Source: Camelus dromedarius
Lineage: Eukaryota
Direction of reading: 5' to 3'
Assembly: GCF_036321535.1 (NCBI RefSeq)
Contig: NC_087437.1
Location: 100,008,001 to 100,072,000 of the forward strand
DNA length: 64,000 nucleotides
Under the pieces are notes generated by a model. The model was not told the DNA's origin. It searched no databases and saw only the letters and a list, made by a program, of their open reading frames with translations. Position numbers and translations under genes: made by a program. Of this stretch, positions 26,840 to 40,309 are shown one piece after another (the stretch's first letter is position 1; each line of letters starts with the position of its first letter).

Positions 26840-26843
26840 AAAA
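26643..26843. repeat. Compound GA-rich / (GAAA)n microsatellite, about 200 bp of almost pure purine
   Basis: Directly visible; explains ORFs 26560-26964 and 26596-26871. Confidence 0.97.
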
Positions 26844-28094
26844 GTTTTTTTTTAAAAAAGCTTTGCTTCAACTTCCCTTTTCTGAGTCATATTTTCTCCT
26901 TTCTCATTACCTCTTTCCAGCAGGATCACATATCAAACCTGGTTTTGAAGATAAAGGACAGTAAAAGTAAATTTCTGCATCAGCCACCTTCAAAAGATCT
27001 AGGGGAAAATGGAAGTTGAGAATTCGGACATGCCTCCAAGTATATCTAGTACGACCTAAAGAAACTCTTTAATGCCTCGTTTTTAAAAAAAGCAATGACC
27101 CTCTGTGTTAGCACTTTTTAAAGAGCTACAGTTCAGTAATTTAAGGAATATGTCTCTCATATTCTATATTTTCAGACTTCCCTAGAAATCTTACTGATAA
27201 AATATGTCAAAATCATATGCACATATTGATAAAGCTTAAACAGTCTAATGTATATGATCTTTGAAACATTCTCTTTTAATTTCAGGTTTTCAATTATTTC
27301 AAAATGAAGGTTTACCTTCTCTAAGTACATTTTCTGAAATAATGATACTTCAGTAGAACTCAAGTAAATTCTAACAAGTATGTATCCCTCTAAGACTTTC
27401 TTTCTTTGCTTTTTAAGGCTCTCTCTCATCCCACAAATGCCCTAACAGCTATAGACTCATATATTAAATATATGCACATATATACCCATAAACCCTCCTA
27501 ATGTATTTATATAAAGACACTCCAATACAATGCATAAAACAAGCGAGCTATTTTTAATTTTATCATGGGGAATATGTGAATTTAATGTGAAGGAAGATAA
27601 AACAATCCCAACTCACTGTTTTTTATTGGAAAAACACTCTAGATGTTTTGTGAGAAGAGAAACGTCTCTGTAGGATTGAATTGCAACAGAACTTTTATGT
27701 AAAGCAGTTTTATTTGAAATATATTGTCCCAGACAGCAGTGAAGAGAACAGTTTTAATCCAAAATGCTTCCAGGCTCAGTCCCTTCTGGCCAATTAATTT
27801 GATTTCAGTAATGCTCTGGTTGCCTCCACCTAGCACTAGCTATTAAATATAATGCTATGCCTTTTACAAAACTTTTACTTTACATGAGAGCCGAAAGGTA
27901 AATCTGTACAAAACTGAACTAGGAGTTAAAATATGACTTTGAGGTGGAAAAATGTATTAGCTCAAATACTGACAAATGGGAATCTTTTTGAAAAAAAATA
28001 GGTAACAAAAAGCACTAGTCAGTGTCTGTCAACCATCAATCACATTTAGACAAAGACTGGGCAAAGTGCCAACATTTTCTGATAACATTAGGAT

Positions 28095-28235
28095 TAAATT
28101 CAACAAATATTTATTGAAAAGGACTGGAATAGTCACTCTATAAATATGGCTAAGAAAAGACAATCTCTGACCTTGGGGCAATCTAGTAGATAAAATTAAG
28201 CAAGTCTTACAACACGAGAAGGAATAAGATGACTG
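28095..28235 (-). mobile_element. L2 3' end
   Basis: 'attcaacaaatatttattga'. Confidence 0.55.
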
Positions 28236-28239
28236 CTTT

Positions 28240-28420
28240 AGTTACCTATCCCAACACAGTAGCTTAAACGACAAACAGTTAACTAGCTCACAATTCTGAT
28301 GGGCAGTTGCTGGTCTGGGCCAGGTCTGGCTAAGCTGGCCTGAGCCTGACCATATATCTGTGGCATTTGCAAGGCCAATTATTGACTGTCTAGTCCCAGA
28401 TGGCCTCATCCACATGTTTT
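28240..28420 (-). mobile_element. MLT1 LTR fragment
   Basis: 'cagtagcttaaacgacaaac...gctcacaattctg...gatggcctcatccacatg'. Confidence 0.55.
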
Positions 28421-28574
28421 GCCATTTAGCAAAAATAATAATAATAATTCCTACCAAAACTAGGGCGACTGAGGAGAAGGTGGGGGAGATGTGATAGACA
28501 CTTTAAAAAGAAAAAGAATGTGTATTTTGGATTTCAACTTTACACAATTATCAACTATGGTTAAATTCATTTTT

Positions 28575-28802
28575 TTATTTTGTTTTTTATTGAAGTGTAG
28601 TTGATTTACAATGTTAGTTTCAGGTGTACAGCAAAGTGATTCAGTTTTATATGTATATAAACATATATCTTTTTCAAATTCTTTTCCATTATATGTTATA
28701 AGAAATTGAATAATTTCCTATACAATAGGTCCTTGGAGTTTATCTATTTTGTATACAGTACTGTGTATCTGTTAATCCCAAACTCCTAATGTGGAATATA
28801 AA
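28575..28802 (-). mobile_element. Short L1 3' end with a 5' micro-inversion
   Basis: 'ttattgaagtgtagttgatttacaatg...ttaatcccaaactcctaat'; TSD aaattcattttt at 28563-28574 and 28803-28814. Confidence 0.9.
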
Positions 28803-30479
28803 AAATTCATTTTTAAATTCGATATTTCAACACATTCTATCCCATTTTGATCATCTCACTGTTGCCGCACAGAGTGTTTTGTTGTGTTTTGTTTTGTTTG
28901 GAGGGGCGGAATGATGCAAGATACATAAGGTATGTTAGGAGACCACTTTGCCTTCCCAACACCTCATAATTTCTATTTCTTCAAATAGCACAGTTTCAAA
29001 ACCTCCAAATATACTTTCCCTCTTTCTTTCTTTCTTCTTCATTTTCTGGATCTGATGGCTGTCTCTAGTATCCTCTCCCCATTTCTATTCCTACAGTTTT
29101 TACTGTGTTGCAGACCCGACTTGTTTGTTGCTTAAACTACTGTGATATGTCCCCTGATTTTTAGCCTTGATTTTTATTGGCCTTCACTTCATATGATTAT
29201 GCTCAAAACTCAGTATCAAAAAAAAAATGTGTTCTCAAGTCTCTTCATGTGCCTACAGTTTACAGGAAATGCAGTTGCAAAAAAGACAAGAAGTTGGGTG
29301 ATGGGTGTGTGAGGTTTATTATCCTAGTCTCTACTTATTGCATGATTGAAAACTTCATAATCAAAAATTAAGGGAAAAAAGCAAATATGAAGGGCAACAA
29401 AACCTTTATGCATAGAGCCATCTCTCCCCTTGCCTCTCAGCTAACTTCCTGCAAGAACAACAGTATCCCTTCATTCTCCATTCAGTGTGCACCCATCTGC
29501 AGCCTGTCCCCTACCTCCTCCAGAGCTTTGAAACTGCAAGAGAGTCACCAATAGACTCAGTTACACAAGCTGAGTACGTTCCAGAGGCCTGCTGTACAAC
29601 AAAGCAATACAATAGGCTTATCCTACAAAATTCATACTACCCAATAAGACAATGATACCCATGGACCAGAGGAAATTTTTGTACGTCAAGCAATTTCTTA
29701 CACACTTTGAATGACACTGAGCTTTGTAGAGTTGACTGCTCCTGCTTTGGCATTAAATAAGACTAATGATTAACTCCACAACAAATTTAGGGACCATCAA
29801 ATCTCATCATACTATGTTCCAAACTAGCAGCAGCTCCAGAACTTATACATAGGAGGAACTGGGGTGGAAAAGATGACTGGAGAGCAGAAAAATAGGGAGC
29901 TTCCTTTGAAGCCTCTTTATATAACGTTTATAGGCATCTAACGTAGCTTTCGGGAGAAGGACAACACTCCCTTCACCAAAGCCACCATCGGTGCTGCCAC
30001 TGCTTCATAAAAACTTTCTGCAAAATGAAATATAAGGAAGAGGCAGGTGGAATTTATTTGCCAGGCTCCGTACTTCTGTACTTTTCTATGGGTCAGAACC
30101 CAAAAAGGTGAATTTCTAAAACTTTCGCTTGAACTAGGTCTATGTCTTAAACCAAATCAGTTTCCATCAACCTACTTCATTCTTTGTGTAGGTATGTGCA
30201 TTTATGTGCTTCTTTTATTTATTTGCTCCACATCTCTTTACCTCTCGACTCTTTGGTTGTTTGCTTTAACCCCATCACCCCAACTCTGATGCTTGATATA
30301 TGTTTTCAGGTTCCAAACTCTGGCTTTCCTGTGCTCATCTCTTAGTTTCACTTAATATGGCTTTTATTATTAGAAGAGTGTCAATCACTATTCTAAGCAT
30401 ATCACATATACAATCTTATTTAATTATTATAACAACCCATAAGCTAGATACAATCACTATCTGCATTCTCAAGATATTT

Positions 30480-30863
30480 ATAACACCTACAAGATATTGC
30501 CAACTAATGAATCTCTCCCAAGCCTTAGCATCCAGGATAATTAACTACGAGGGGACAGTCACATATGCATGGATTGTCCACATGACCTGATCTTAACTAT
30601 TCAGTCTCCAACTCCTCCAGAGATGAAACTGATGCATCCTGGACCAGGGCCCTAGGTAAACAAAAGCAGACATCCACCATAAATCAGCATCAGCATGAAC
30701 TCTTTGATGTGGCCCAAAGCCCGAGGTATACGAAGACACTCTTCTCAGACAGTATATTCAAGGCTTTGGAGGTTATTTCGCAGAAGCTGATCAAGAACCA
30801 GTTCTTTCTTTGGAATTTGCAGAGTTTGAACACCCTACATCTACTGAGTTAACCCTGCTGCAC
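30480..30863 (-). mobile_element. MER77/MER68/MER21-group ERVL LTR
   Basis: 'caccataaatca', 'gtggcccaaagccc', 'ttctttggaatttgcagagtttgaacaccc...ctgagttaaccct...ctgcaca'. Confidence 0.65.
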
Positions 30864-31874
30864 AGAGAGCTTCTAGGAGACCTCGTGCATATCATAAGCA
30901 AACTCACCGGCATTGTTATGTGAGTGATCAGAGTCAGAGGCTCCAGAATGACAAGGAGTGTGACGTGAACGTCAGCACTGGAAGTACCTGGCAGAGGAGG
31001 GTAAACGAGTCTTGGAATCACAGAGCCAGGATCCAGTGTACGGAAAATTCTTCCTGTTATCAGACATGTAAAATTCGTTCAAAGACTTCAATTCTTCTTT
31101 TAATACCTAGTCAAATGGAAATTTCCTTCTATTGGAAACATATTTGATAAGGCAGTATACAAAATCATAAACCCACCAATTGAGTATTTTTTCTTTTTTA
31201 ATGGAAATTGAACAAAATTAAATTTAGCAGAACTTCTGTGTCTTAGGACTCAAACCTGTGGTACTTAAACAGTGAGTACACATGTTCACGAATGAAATAA
31301 AGCCAGATCTTCCCTGATTTAAATCATATTTTTACAAATAAAATTTTAATGTTAATAAAATTTTGTCAGTCTGTGATCTTGACAATGTTAGATTTTGTGG
31401 ACCTTTACTTAACTGACATTCCTTAACTTTGACTTTTAATTTTTTTTCATGTTTTGGGACTAATACATTTTTTCCAAACCCAAACATGTTCATAGACCCT
31501 TAAAGCACATGGTTCTAGAAATGGCACTGTATTAACATTGCTTACTAAATAGAGTGACCGGCTCCTGCATAATAGAGTTTATATCTATTATTTATTTCAT
31601 ATAATAGCCCTCCAAGTTTTTGAAGATATGTCATGAAGAACAACACACTGCTCTCTCTCCCTCTCCACATATCTCTACTTTTTTCTTTGGTGGAAAGCAG
31701 CTTTAGACTTTTACAGTTTTGTTTAAAGGCCTCAATATTAAACTACTGGCTACCATTTTACAAATTATACCAAATTCTCAAATTTTCTTTAATGTGCAAC
31801 ACTTAGAATTATACATAATATTCCAGATTTATCTTAATTAGCTGAGGAAGTTTTAATTCTTTCGTTTGGACAAA

Positions 31875-32065
31875 TGGACAAACATACTGGGATTCAAACA
31901 GACCTAAAGGTCACCTACTGGCCTTCACAAATTCTATGAACCTGGGTACTGAATGAAATTCTCTGAGGCTCGATTATACTCTTTATAAATAGGAGTGATG
32001 ATAGCTATTTAACCAGATTACACAAAATAAATAAGTAAACAGATCCTCAATAAACATTGGTTCCT
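31875..32065 (+). mobile_element. MIR SINE
   Basis: 'tcaaacagacct...ctctgaggctc...ataaataggagtgatgatag...cctcaataaac'. Confidence 0.55.
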
Positions 32066-32069
32066 GCCT

Positions 32070-32900
32070 CCATGCATTTTTGTATTACATATTTTAAAAT
32101 ATAACATACATACAGAAATTGCATAAAACATAAAAACAGTTAACATATTGAAAAGAAAATGGCAGATTTCCTGACATAAAAATGGGCAAAAGACTTTAAT
32201 CAGCACATTGCCAAAGAGAAAATCCAAACTGTCAAAAGATATATGAGAAGGTGTGCAACCTCACTAATAAGCATGGAAATCATACATGTTGTCAAAGTCC
32301 AAATTTAATTGAAACCATTATTCTCTTCCTAAATAATACAAAGACCTTTCACTATCTTAATTTCATTTACTCCATTACCAAAGCTAAATGAATTATTTTC
32401 TACCTAATATGTTAGTTGCATCTGTTTTTTAAACCTTGGCTTGATGTTATTATTGCTTTATACAGCCAATGTTTACTTACATTTACTCAAATATTAATAC
32501 TTCCTTTTGTTCCTCATTCTTTTTTGCATACTATACATTTCATCTGGAATCATTTGCCTTCAACTTGAGACATTTTACTGGTGAATGTTTAAAGATATCT
32601 TTATTATTCTATAATTCATGAAGGACATGTTTACTGGTTATAGAATCCTAGCTTGGCAGTTACTTTTCTGAACTATAAAGATGTTTGGTTAAACCATCTG
32701 AAACTGATGTTTGACAATTTTCAGTGCACAAAAATAGTAGTATCATATGGCTCAACTTAACATTACTCCACTGGCTTCTATCTTCAGTTGTTACCCGCTG
32801 AGGAGTTTGTTATCAAACTAACCACTGCTCTCTGAAGAAATATGTTTTCTCTTCCTTAACTGCATAAAGTTTTTTTACTTATCTTTTTCCTAGTATGTTG
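32070..32900. mobile_element. Old L1 fragments (plus strand about 32070-32285, minus strand about 32300-32900)
   Basis: 'aaaatgggcaaaagactttaa...gatatatgagaaggtg' and 'ctggttatagaatcctagcttggcagt'. Confidence 0.6.
32682..32762. mobile_element. MADE2 mariner-derived MITE (about 80 bp, palindromic ends)
   Basis: Inverted ends 'tgtttggttaaaccatctgaaact' / 'agtatcatatggctcaacttaaca' match the recalled MADE2 TIR TTAGGTTGAACCATATGAAATTG. Confidence 0.75.
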
Positions 32901-33069
32901 GGTTTGGGAGTTTGTTAGAATAAATTGTGTCCCCCCCACCACCAAAATTTATGAATTTCAAATCCAAAGTATGATGGATAATGCTTGTCTTTTCAGCTTT
33001 ATCTAGTATTAATTTCTGGTTTCCTTGCTATGAGCTAGCCACCCTTGTCATCTCTGTGTTTCTACTAAG

Positions 33070-33395
33070 CTTCACGCTGCCTTAGGACCTTGCCCTAGAT
33101 AGTATCTCTCCTTGGAAATACCTGCCTTTAAATTTCTGCCTGCTTATTCATTTTGAAACATCCAGGCCTTAAGTAAAATACTCTTCAAAAGCTTTCTTTG
33201 ACCAACCAAGTCAAGACAGCTTATTGTTTAAGAACATATCACTTCCTGAAGTTATCTTGTTAATTTGCTTGTCTGTCTTCCCATTACACTCTCAAGGTGT
33301 GAACAGAGACCTTGTCTATTTGTTCTGTCATCCTCATGCCCAAAACAGTGCTTGGAAAGAGGAGGTACTTCTTAAATATTTGATAAATTGAATGG
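33070..33395 (+). mobile_element. L2 3' end
   Basis: 'gaacagagaccttgtctatttgttc...aacagtgcttgga...aaatatttgataaattgaatg'. Confidence 0.7.
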
Positions 33396-33627
33396 CATAT
33401 CTGTAAAGTTGCCAACAGTAATAATATCTACATCTTAGGATCCCTATAAATATTAAATGAAATAATGCAAGAGAATATTTTAAATGACTGATTGAGGTAA
33501 AGCACTGTGTGTGTTAGCGGAGACAAGAGTGCTCCTGGTAGAAGCCCGTGGTGGGAGCTGGATTTACTCCTTTACTACATTAGCTCAGCCAGGCAGGGCT
33601 TGGCACTGTAGGCAGTAGAAAGACAAC

Positions 33628-34060
33628 TGTGGTAAACGGCATTAGTCTTCATTCTTTATCACTCCCTTTATATTCAGCCTTTGTCATGTGGCTCTTCAGT
33701 TTCTCTTACTAAAGGAGAAGGGCATGTTTTATTGACCTTTAACTTAGGGTTTGAACATGTGGCTTGCTTTAGACAACTGAATGAGGTGGTTGTGTCAGGA
33801 TATCTGTCTTTGACTTGCTCTCATTGGCTTCTGTCGTTGCCATGAGGAGAAAACCCTTGGTTCTCCCACTGGTCCAAACGGACGAGAGACATGTGAGTAG
33901 AGCAAGCTCCAAGTGAAAATATGCACATGCAAACAAACCCAAACGACATCAGCAGTACAGCCCAGACTACCCACAGGAGAAAGAAATGCATACGGCGGTA
34001 TACCACTATGATTTTGTGGGGGGTTTCGTGGTGCTTACTACAGCAACAGCAAAGCAGTAC
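33628..34060 (+). mobile_element. Old MLT1 (H/I/J-type) LTR
   Basis: 'catgtggcttgctttagacaa', 'ttgccatgaggagaaaac'; end 'actacagcaacagcaaagcagtac'. Confidence 0.65.
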
Positions 34061-34399
34061 CTCTCTGCCTGGTAAAAGCCAAACAGAAATCAGAAACTGT
34101 ACTGAGCGCGTTGCTTCTCCACTCTCACCTCCACTCTGCCGAATGTCTGCGGCTGCAGTTCAAACGCTGAGTAACTGAGCAATTGGACTGAGATGCAGTC
34201 AGCTCCACAGGAAATACTAAGTTAGAACAGAACTCAATTAAAGATAAACCAAGAGGTAAAAAGGAGGTGTGGTCTATCAAATGAGGTACTTTAGAATTAC
34301 AGAAAGGGAATCATACTCAGAATAGTTAGAGGGAAAATTGTATTTTCTGAAAATTTAATTAAGGAGCTAAAAAATTTCAGAAAACTGTCATTCTGAAAA

Positions 34400-34736
34400 A
34401 AGCGGAAGCAAGCATATTGTCTGAGAATCAGACACCCAAAGTCAGAAGGAAAGAACAGGGGAAGATGCAGATGAAATAGATGAAGTAAGACCAAAATAGA
34501 TGATGTCGGCAATATGAAAAAGATTTTCAGAAAAAAATCTCCAAGAAAATTATCTTCTCTCACTGGATACTTATAGAGCATAGCTGATGCTGCAGACACG
34601 AAAAATCTATAAAACTATTGCAAATTATGAACATATAAAACAAAGGGATGAAAATATAAATGAGTAAATGATAGAACTAGAAAGCATAGAATAAAGGGCC
34701 AACATATAAATGATAGGTGACATTTAAAGACTCAAA
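34400..34736 (+). mobile_element. Old L1 ORF1 remnant, host of the younger L1 insertion
   Basis: A-rich ORF1-like sequence 'gccaacatataaatgataggtg'; appears to continue after 36030. Confidence 0.45.
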
Positions 34737-34749
34737 AATAATTACAAAT

Positions 34750-36015
34750 TACACCATATACAAAAATCAACTCAAAATGGATTAAAGACTTAAACATAAG
34801 ACAAGATACAATAAACCTCCTAGAGGAAAACATAGGCAAAACATTATCTGACATACATTTCAAAAATTTTCTCCTAGAAGAAATAAAAGCAAGAATAAAC
34901 AAATGGGACCTAATGAAACTTACAAGCTTCTGCACAGCAAAGGAAACCAGAAATAAAACAAGAAGAAAACCTACGGAATGGGAGAAAATTTTTGCAAGTG
35001 AAACCGACAAAGGCTTGATCTCCAGAATATATAAGCAGCTCATACGACTCAGTAAGAAAAAAATAAACAACCCAATCCAGAAATGGGCAGAAGACCTAAA
35101 CAAGCAATTCTCCAAGGAAGACATACAAATGATCAAAAAGCACATGAAAAAATGCTCAATATCACTAATTATCAGAGAAATGCAAATCAAAACTACAATG
35201 AGGTATCACCTCACACCAGTCAGAATGGCCATCATTCGAAAATCCACAAATAACAAATGCTGGAGAGGCTGTGGAGAAAGGGGAACCCTCCTACACTGCT
35301 GGTGGGAATGCAGTTTGGTGCAGCCACTATGGAAAACAGTGTGGAGATTCCTCAAAAGACTAGGAATAGACTTACCATATGACCCAGGAATCCCACTCCT
35401 GGGCTTGTATCCAGAAGGAAATCTACTTCAGGATGACACCTGCACCCCAATGTTCATAGCAGCACTATTTACAATAGCCGGAACATGGAAACAGCCTAAA
35501 TGTCCATCAACAGGTGACTGGATAAAGAAGAGGTGGTATATTTATACAATGGAATACTACTCAGCCATAAAAACCGACAACATAATGCCATTTGCAGCAA
35601 TATGGATGCTCCTGGAGAATGTCATTCTAAGTGAAGTAAGCCAGAAAGAGAAAGAAAAATACCATATGAGATCGCTCATATGTGGAATCTAAAAAACAAA
35701 AACAAAAACAAACAAACAAACAAAAAACAAAGCATAAATAAAGGACAGAAATAGACTCACAGACAGAGAATACAGACTTGTGGTTACCAGGGGGGTGGAG
35801 GGTGGGAAGGGATAGACTGGGATTTCAAAATTGTAGAACAGACTACACTGTATAGCACAGGGAAATATACACAAAATGTTATGATAACTCACAGAGAAAA
35901 AAATGTGACAATGAGTGTGTATATGTCCATGAATAACTGAAAAATTGTGCTGAACACTGGAATTTGACACAACATTGTAAAATGATTATAAATCAATAAA
36001 AAATGTTAAAAAAAT
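34750..36015 (+). mobile_element. Young 5'-truncated L1 (camelid lineage), ORF2 C-terminus plus 3' UTR
   Basis: Uninterrupted 259-aa ORF 34913-35692 ending in the canonical ORF2 C-terminus (SLICGI); AATAAA and A tail; perfect 13-bp TSD aataattacaaat at 34737-34749 and 36016-36028. Confidence 0.97.
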
Positions 36016-37329
36016 AATAATTACAAATAACGCTTATAAAAGTATTTCCAGAGGTAAAGAGCAATCTGCAAAGCTCATTCTCCTGGAAATATTTTTTAAC
36101 TATAAAAGTAAAGAAAATGTTCAATGTGTTAGGGGTTTAATATGAGTTTTCTGAAGATAAATAGCATGCACAAGGCATAGAGGAAGGGAAAGGAAACTGT
36201 ATATGAAATCATGGGTGAAACAGGAAATTCTAATTAGCAAACATCAAAAAAAAAAAAAAAATCAGACAGAATTTTTTAAGGGTCCTGAAGGCCAGACTGA
36301 AAATGCTGAACCGATTGGCAAATTAAAGCTACTACAGATTATTTATCAAGGATGCAACATGATTGAAATAATATATGAGGTAGAACTTTTTAGTCGATAC
36401 AAGTAGAATAAATCAAGAAGGCAAAACCTTGAAAAAGAAATATGACTTCAGGACTGGGAGGGGATCCATTTCCATATGACAGTGTTGTTTTATAGTACAT
36501 GGTAGAGATCTCTGAGAAAAAATAATACTTAGTAAAGTATTAAACCATTAAAACAGGAGAACAAATAAGGTAATAAGGATCAAAGATTTGGGGGAAAGTT
36601 ATGCTAATCCACTGAATTTGTAAGTATCAGAACACTTATAAATATTCTTATACTTATGTTCTAAGGAATATTTTGCTCTACTAAAATAATAGCTACCTCA
36701 TGCCTGTATATGTAGTTAAAAATGCTTAACACATAGTGTCTTTCAAAAGATGTGCAGGATGTTATCCTTTCAAGGCTAAGGTACCACTCATTCTAAGAAG
36801 TTTACAGAAAATTGCTTTGAGTGTTTGAACAAGTTTGATCACATGGCCTACTGCTGAAGAGCTGAAAAGAATAAAAGAAACAACCTAGAAACCAAATTAA
36901 AACTCACAGAAAAAATTTAAGTTCTAAGTGTAGAATTGTCTTAGAATATTCTATTACATCAAAATTATTGTTATAAAAACAGCAATGTTAAAAGAGCAAA
37001 TATACTTAAATACTAGCATCCTTGGCTTGGAAATTGTGAGGGAAAAAACATAAAAGAAGAAGAAGAAGAAAAGAAAAAAAAAAGCATTGCTGTTTCATTT
37101 ACTTTTTTTTTCCTTTTAAGGAAGATTATGCACAAAAGAGAAAGAAAGTCAAGGTTAAAGCCATCAAAGGGATATTTTTCAGTACTGAGAAAAGTTATGA
37201 ACACGAATCAGTTTAAAATATTTCAACGTTTAGTGATACACTCTCTACTACAATATGAAGACTTTTGACCCAACATATACACCAATTAAACGAAACACTG
37301 AAGCATGTAAATGTAATGCCTATTATTTC

Positions 37330-37480
37330 TAATGTAATCTGTGGAGACCTGGGCTCCAATCTTAAATTGGCCACTAATCAAATTTGATGATTTTAGGTAC
37401 ATAACAACCTCTCTAGGACTCAGTTCTTACTCCTCTATGATGATAAAATTGAATTGACATCTTCTGTAGTTCTGTTTTAA
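37330..37480 (+). mobile_element. MIR SINE
   Basis: 'gagacctgggctccaatc...aacctctctaggactcagttct'. Confidence 0.6.
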
Positions 37481-38083
37481 AATAGACTCAGTTCATAAGT
37501 AATTTCTTCTCCTAAATGAATCCAAGTTTGCTGAAGGACTTATCTATAGAACAAAGACTGTAAATCCCTCAGCTTCCTCTGAATTCTAGTCACATCACTT
37601 CTTTTAATGTGCAAGTAGGTCAAAGAAAGGAGAAGACTGGAAGACGTTAACTGAGTACTAAGATAATATGTTAGTACACAGGGAGGTATATAAAAATCCC
37701 TTTTATTTCCATCACAGGACAAAAATTAAAACTAGGGAAACAAGTTTTCTTCAAAAAACAACTAACAGTTATGTGTCAATTATATCTCAATAAAATAATA
37801 AAGAAATAAAATTTAAAAACAAAAACAAAACAAACAAAAGCAACTAACGTATCTTTGTTTTAGATGTTCTTGAATTGAAAAACTGCTTGATATGAGAAGC
37901 TTTGCCCCCAAATTTGTTTGCTTTGGAAAATGTCAAGAAAATTAGTGCCATCTTTTAACTAATTACCCATTTATTAGTAATGTCTGTCACCGAGTGTTTA
38001 TGTAGCAGCCACTGTATTTACTTCTACTAAGTGTTGTGGGAGCCATAAAAAAGTTCAGGCAACGTCCGTATTCAGAAACCAAC

Positions 38084-38443
38084 TTTTTTTTAGCCTTTTA
38101 CTTTTTAATTGAGATACAACTGACACATAACATTGTATTAATTTTCAGGTGTACAACATAATGATTTGACATATGTATATATTGTGAAACAAAGACCACA
38201 GTAAGTCTAGTTAATAACCATCACCGTAGTTACATATTTTTTTCTTGTGATAAGAACTTTAAAAAAAAAAACTTTTTTCACTCTTAGCAACTTTCAAATG
38301 TGCAATGCAGCATTGCTAACTATAGTCACCATATTGTATATTACATCCCTATGACTTATTTAATAAATAGAAGTTTGAACATTTTGACTCCCTTCACCCA
38401 TTTCACTCAACCACTACTCCTTGCCTCTGGAAACCATCAATCT
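38084..38443 (-). mobile_element. L1 3' end (L1MA-type)
   Basis: 'tttaattgagatacaactgacacataacattg...cttagcaactttcaaatg...gcctctggaaaccatcaatct'. Confidence 0.85.
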
Positions 38444-40309
38444 AGGAACCAAAATTTTATTTGAGGAGGTAAGGATAATAAAAAAAAGTTATTATCTAAA
38501 TACAAGAAAATAACATCAACTCTAAAATTTAGAGCGTCACTTCAAACTTTTTTAAGCAATTTAGAGAAGAAAGAGACTAATTTAGCCAGGCATAACCAAG
38601 GAAAGTTTAATACATTAGGCCAAAAAGATTTAAAAAGTGGGTAGAACTGGAGTAAGTAGGAAGAGGAAATATCTTCAAAATATCTTTCAAACATATGTTC
38701 GAGAAGAAAGAAACATGAGCAAAGACTTAGAGGAAAGACTGAGATAGCATAGTGAGGACAATAAGCAATCTTAATATTCAGATTTCCACCCAAACCAATT
38801 GTTTTGCCTTTTTCTTTAGCTGTTATTTTGATGCCAAAGTAATCTTGGAGAGTATTCATGTCAATAGAAAGTAAGAATATGTGCCAAAACAATCAGTGCA
38901 CACAGTATTATTATTATTATTTGCGGTGTATACTCAGTACCACCCCCAAACCTAGAGGAAACTGGGAAGTCAGGTGTTTTCCCTCAGGCAGGGGCATCTT
39001 GCCATGGAGCTCTTGAAAGTACTGGTACCCTGGACTGTGGCTGTGTTTAGGAAAAACCTTCACCTGAATCTGGATGCGCTTTTGAACGTTTGGCAAAATC
39101 CATGAACCTAGTGCTGAAGTTTCTGTTAGCTCGTGCCAGCAATAGTGGCTACGACACAGTGCCTGGTGACCCCTTCATGTAATGGGTAGAGTTAGACATT
39201 CTATTTGAAGGACCTTTGAAGACAGATGGTTTGGAAAGTAGAATGAAAGTGTCCTTTGAAAGTCAATGAAGGATTTTGTTAGCCCTGTGTCTGAAGTGAC
39301 AGGGACGGGGTTCAGGGCAGGTTACAGCAGGAGAACAGGGAACCAAGGCTATGGGAGAGTTTGACCTGGACTTTTTTCTTTGGCAGAGATAATTGTCCAT
39401 TCTAGTGCTGTGCTCAGTAATTAAATAAAGATACTCAAAACCTAGTTAGGCTATACAAAAATTAGATTAATAACATCCATTAATAATTATTGTCTTACAA
39501 TCTTGGCTAAGTCTTAAGTGCACAATAATCATCATGCATATTATAAATGCATGTCATACTAATGGGATGATATGCTACATTTACTAAAAACATCAATTTC
39601 TATTTAACATTTTTTTGTTGCATGGACCTATCTAATGTTGCTTAGTTCCTTGTTAATTACTTTTAGAAACTAAAAAGAACTCAGAAGCTGGGTCTGGACA
39701 TGCCCCTGATCTAATCCCATGGCAGGAAAAACCACTTAGGACTTAAAGTGATTCAGAAAATGTGTCTGATAATTGACCTTCCCCACAATAATACAAATAA
39801 ATAAGCCTTTTGAGCAAATTATTAAATGAATCAGAATTTCAGAATCTCCCTGTCACTTAAGGAAATAAACAAGAGAGGGTAAAATGTACTAAAATGTTTA
39901 TAAAGTGAAATACTGGAAGGAAAATATCCTTATGCCATGAATGGCATCCTCAAGGAATGATTACCAAGGCAAGTCAATAAATATGGCATGGTTGGATCAG
40001 CTGTTAACCCACCATGCTTTCAAAAACGAAGGTGCCTGGATGGGCAAATGAGGACTAGTTGAGCCCAGTTGGCTATACCAGGGGCTCTTTTCCTTAAACT
40101 CATCCAAACACCCTAAAATTACCTGAAAGTGAACAAATTACACCCCAGCTATTACCCTCTCCCCTCTGCCAGCTCCCTGTCAACCAGATACATTTATCTA
40201 GTGAATGTGATGGACAGTTCAAAGAAAATATGGAGGGGAGGGTGATAAAAGATACTTGAGGAATAGAAATACTAAGCAAGAAAGACAATAAACCATTAAA
40301 AGCAAAAGG

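Noticed and set aside
26560..26964. 134-aa K/E/R-rich ORF and its antisense F/L/S ORF
   Set aside because: Translation of the (GAAA)n microsatellite
34913..35692. Longest ORF (259 aa) as a host gene
   Set aside because: C-terminal part of L1 ORF2 in a 5'-truncated insertion lacking the EN and RT domains
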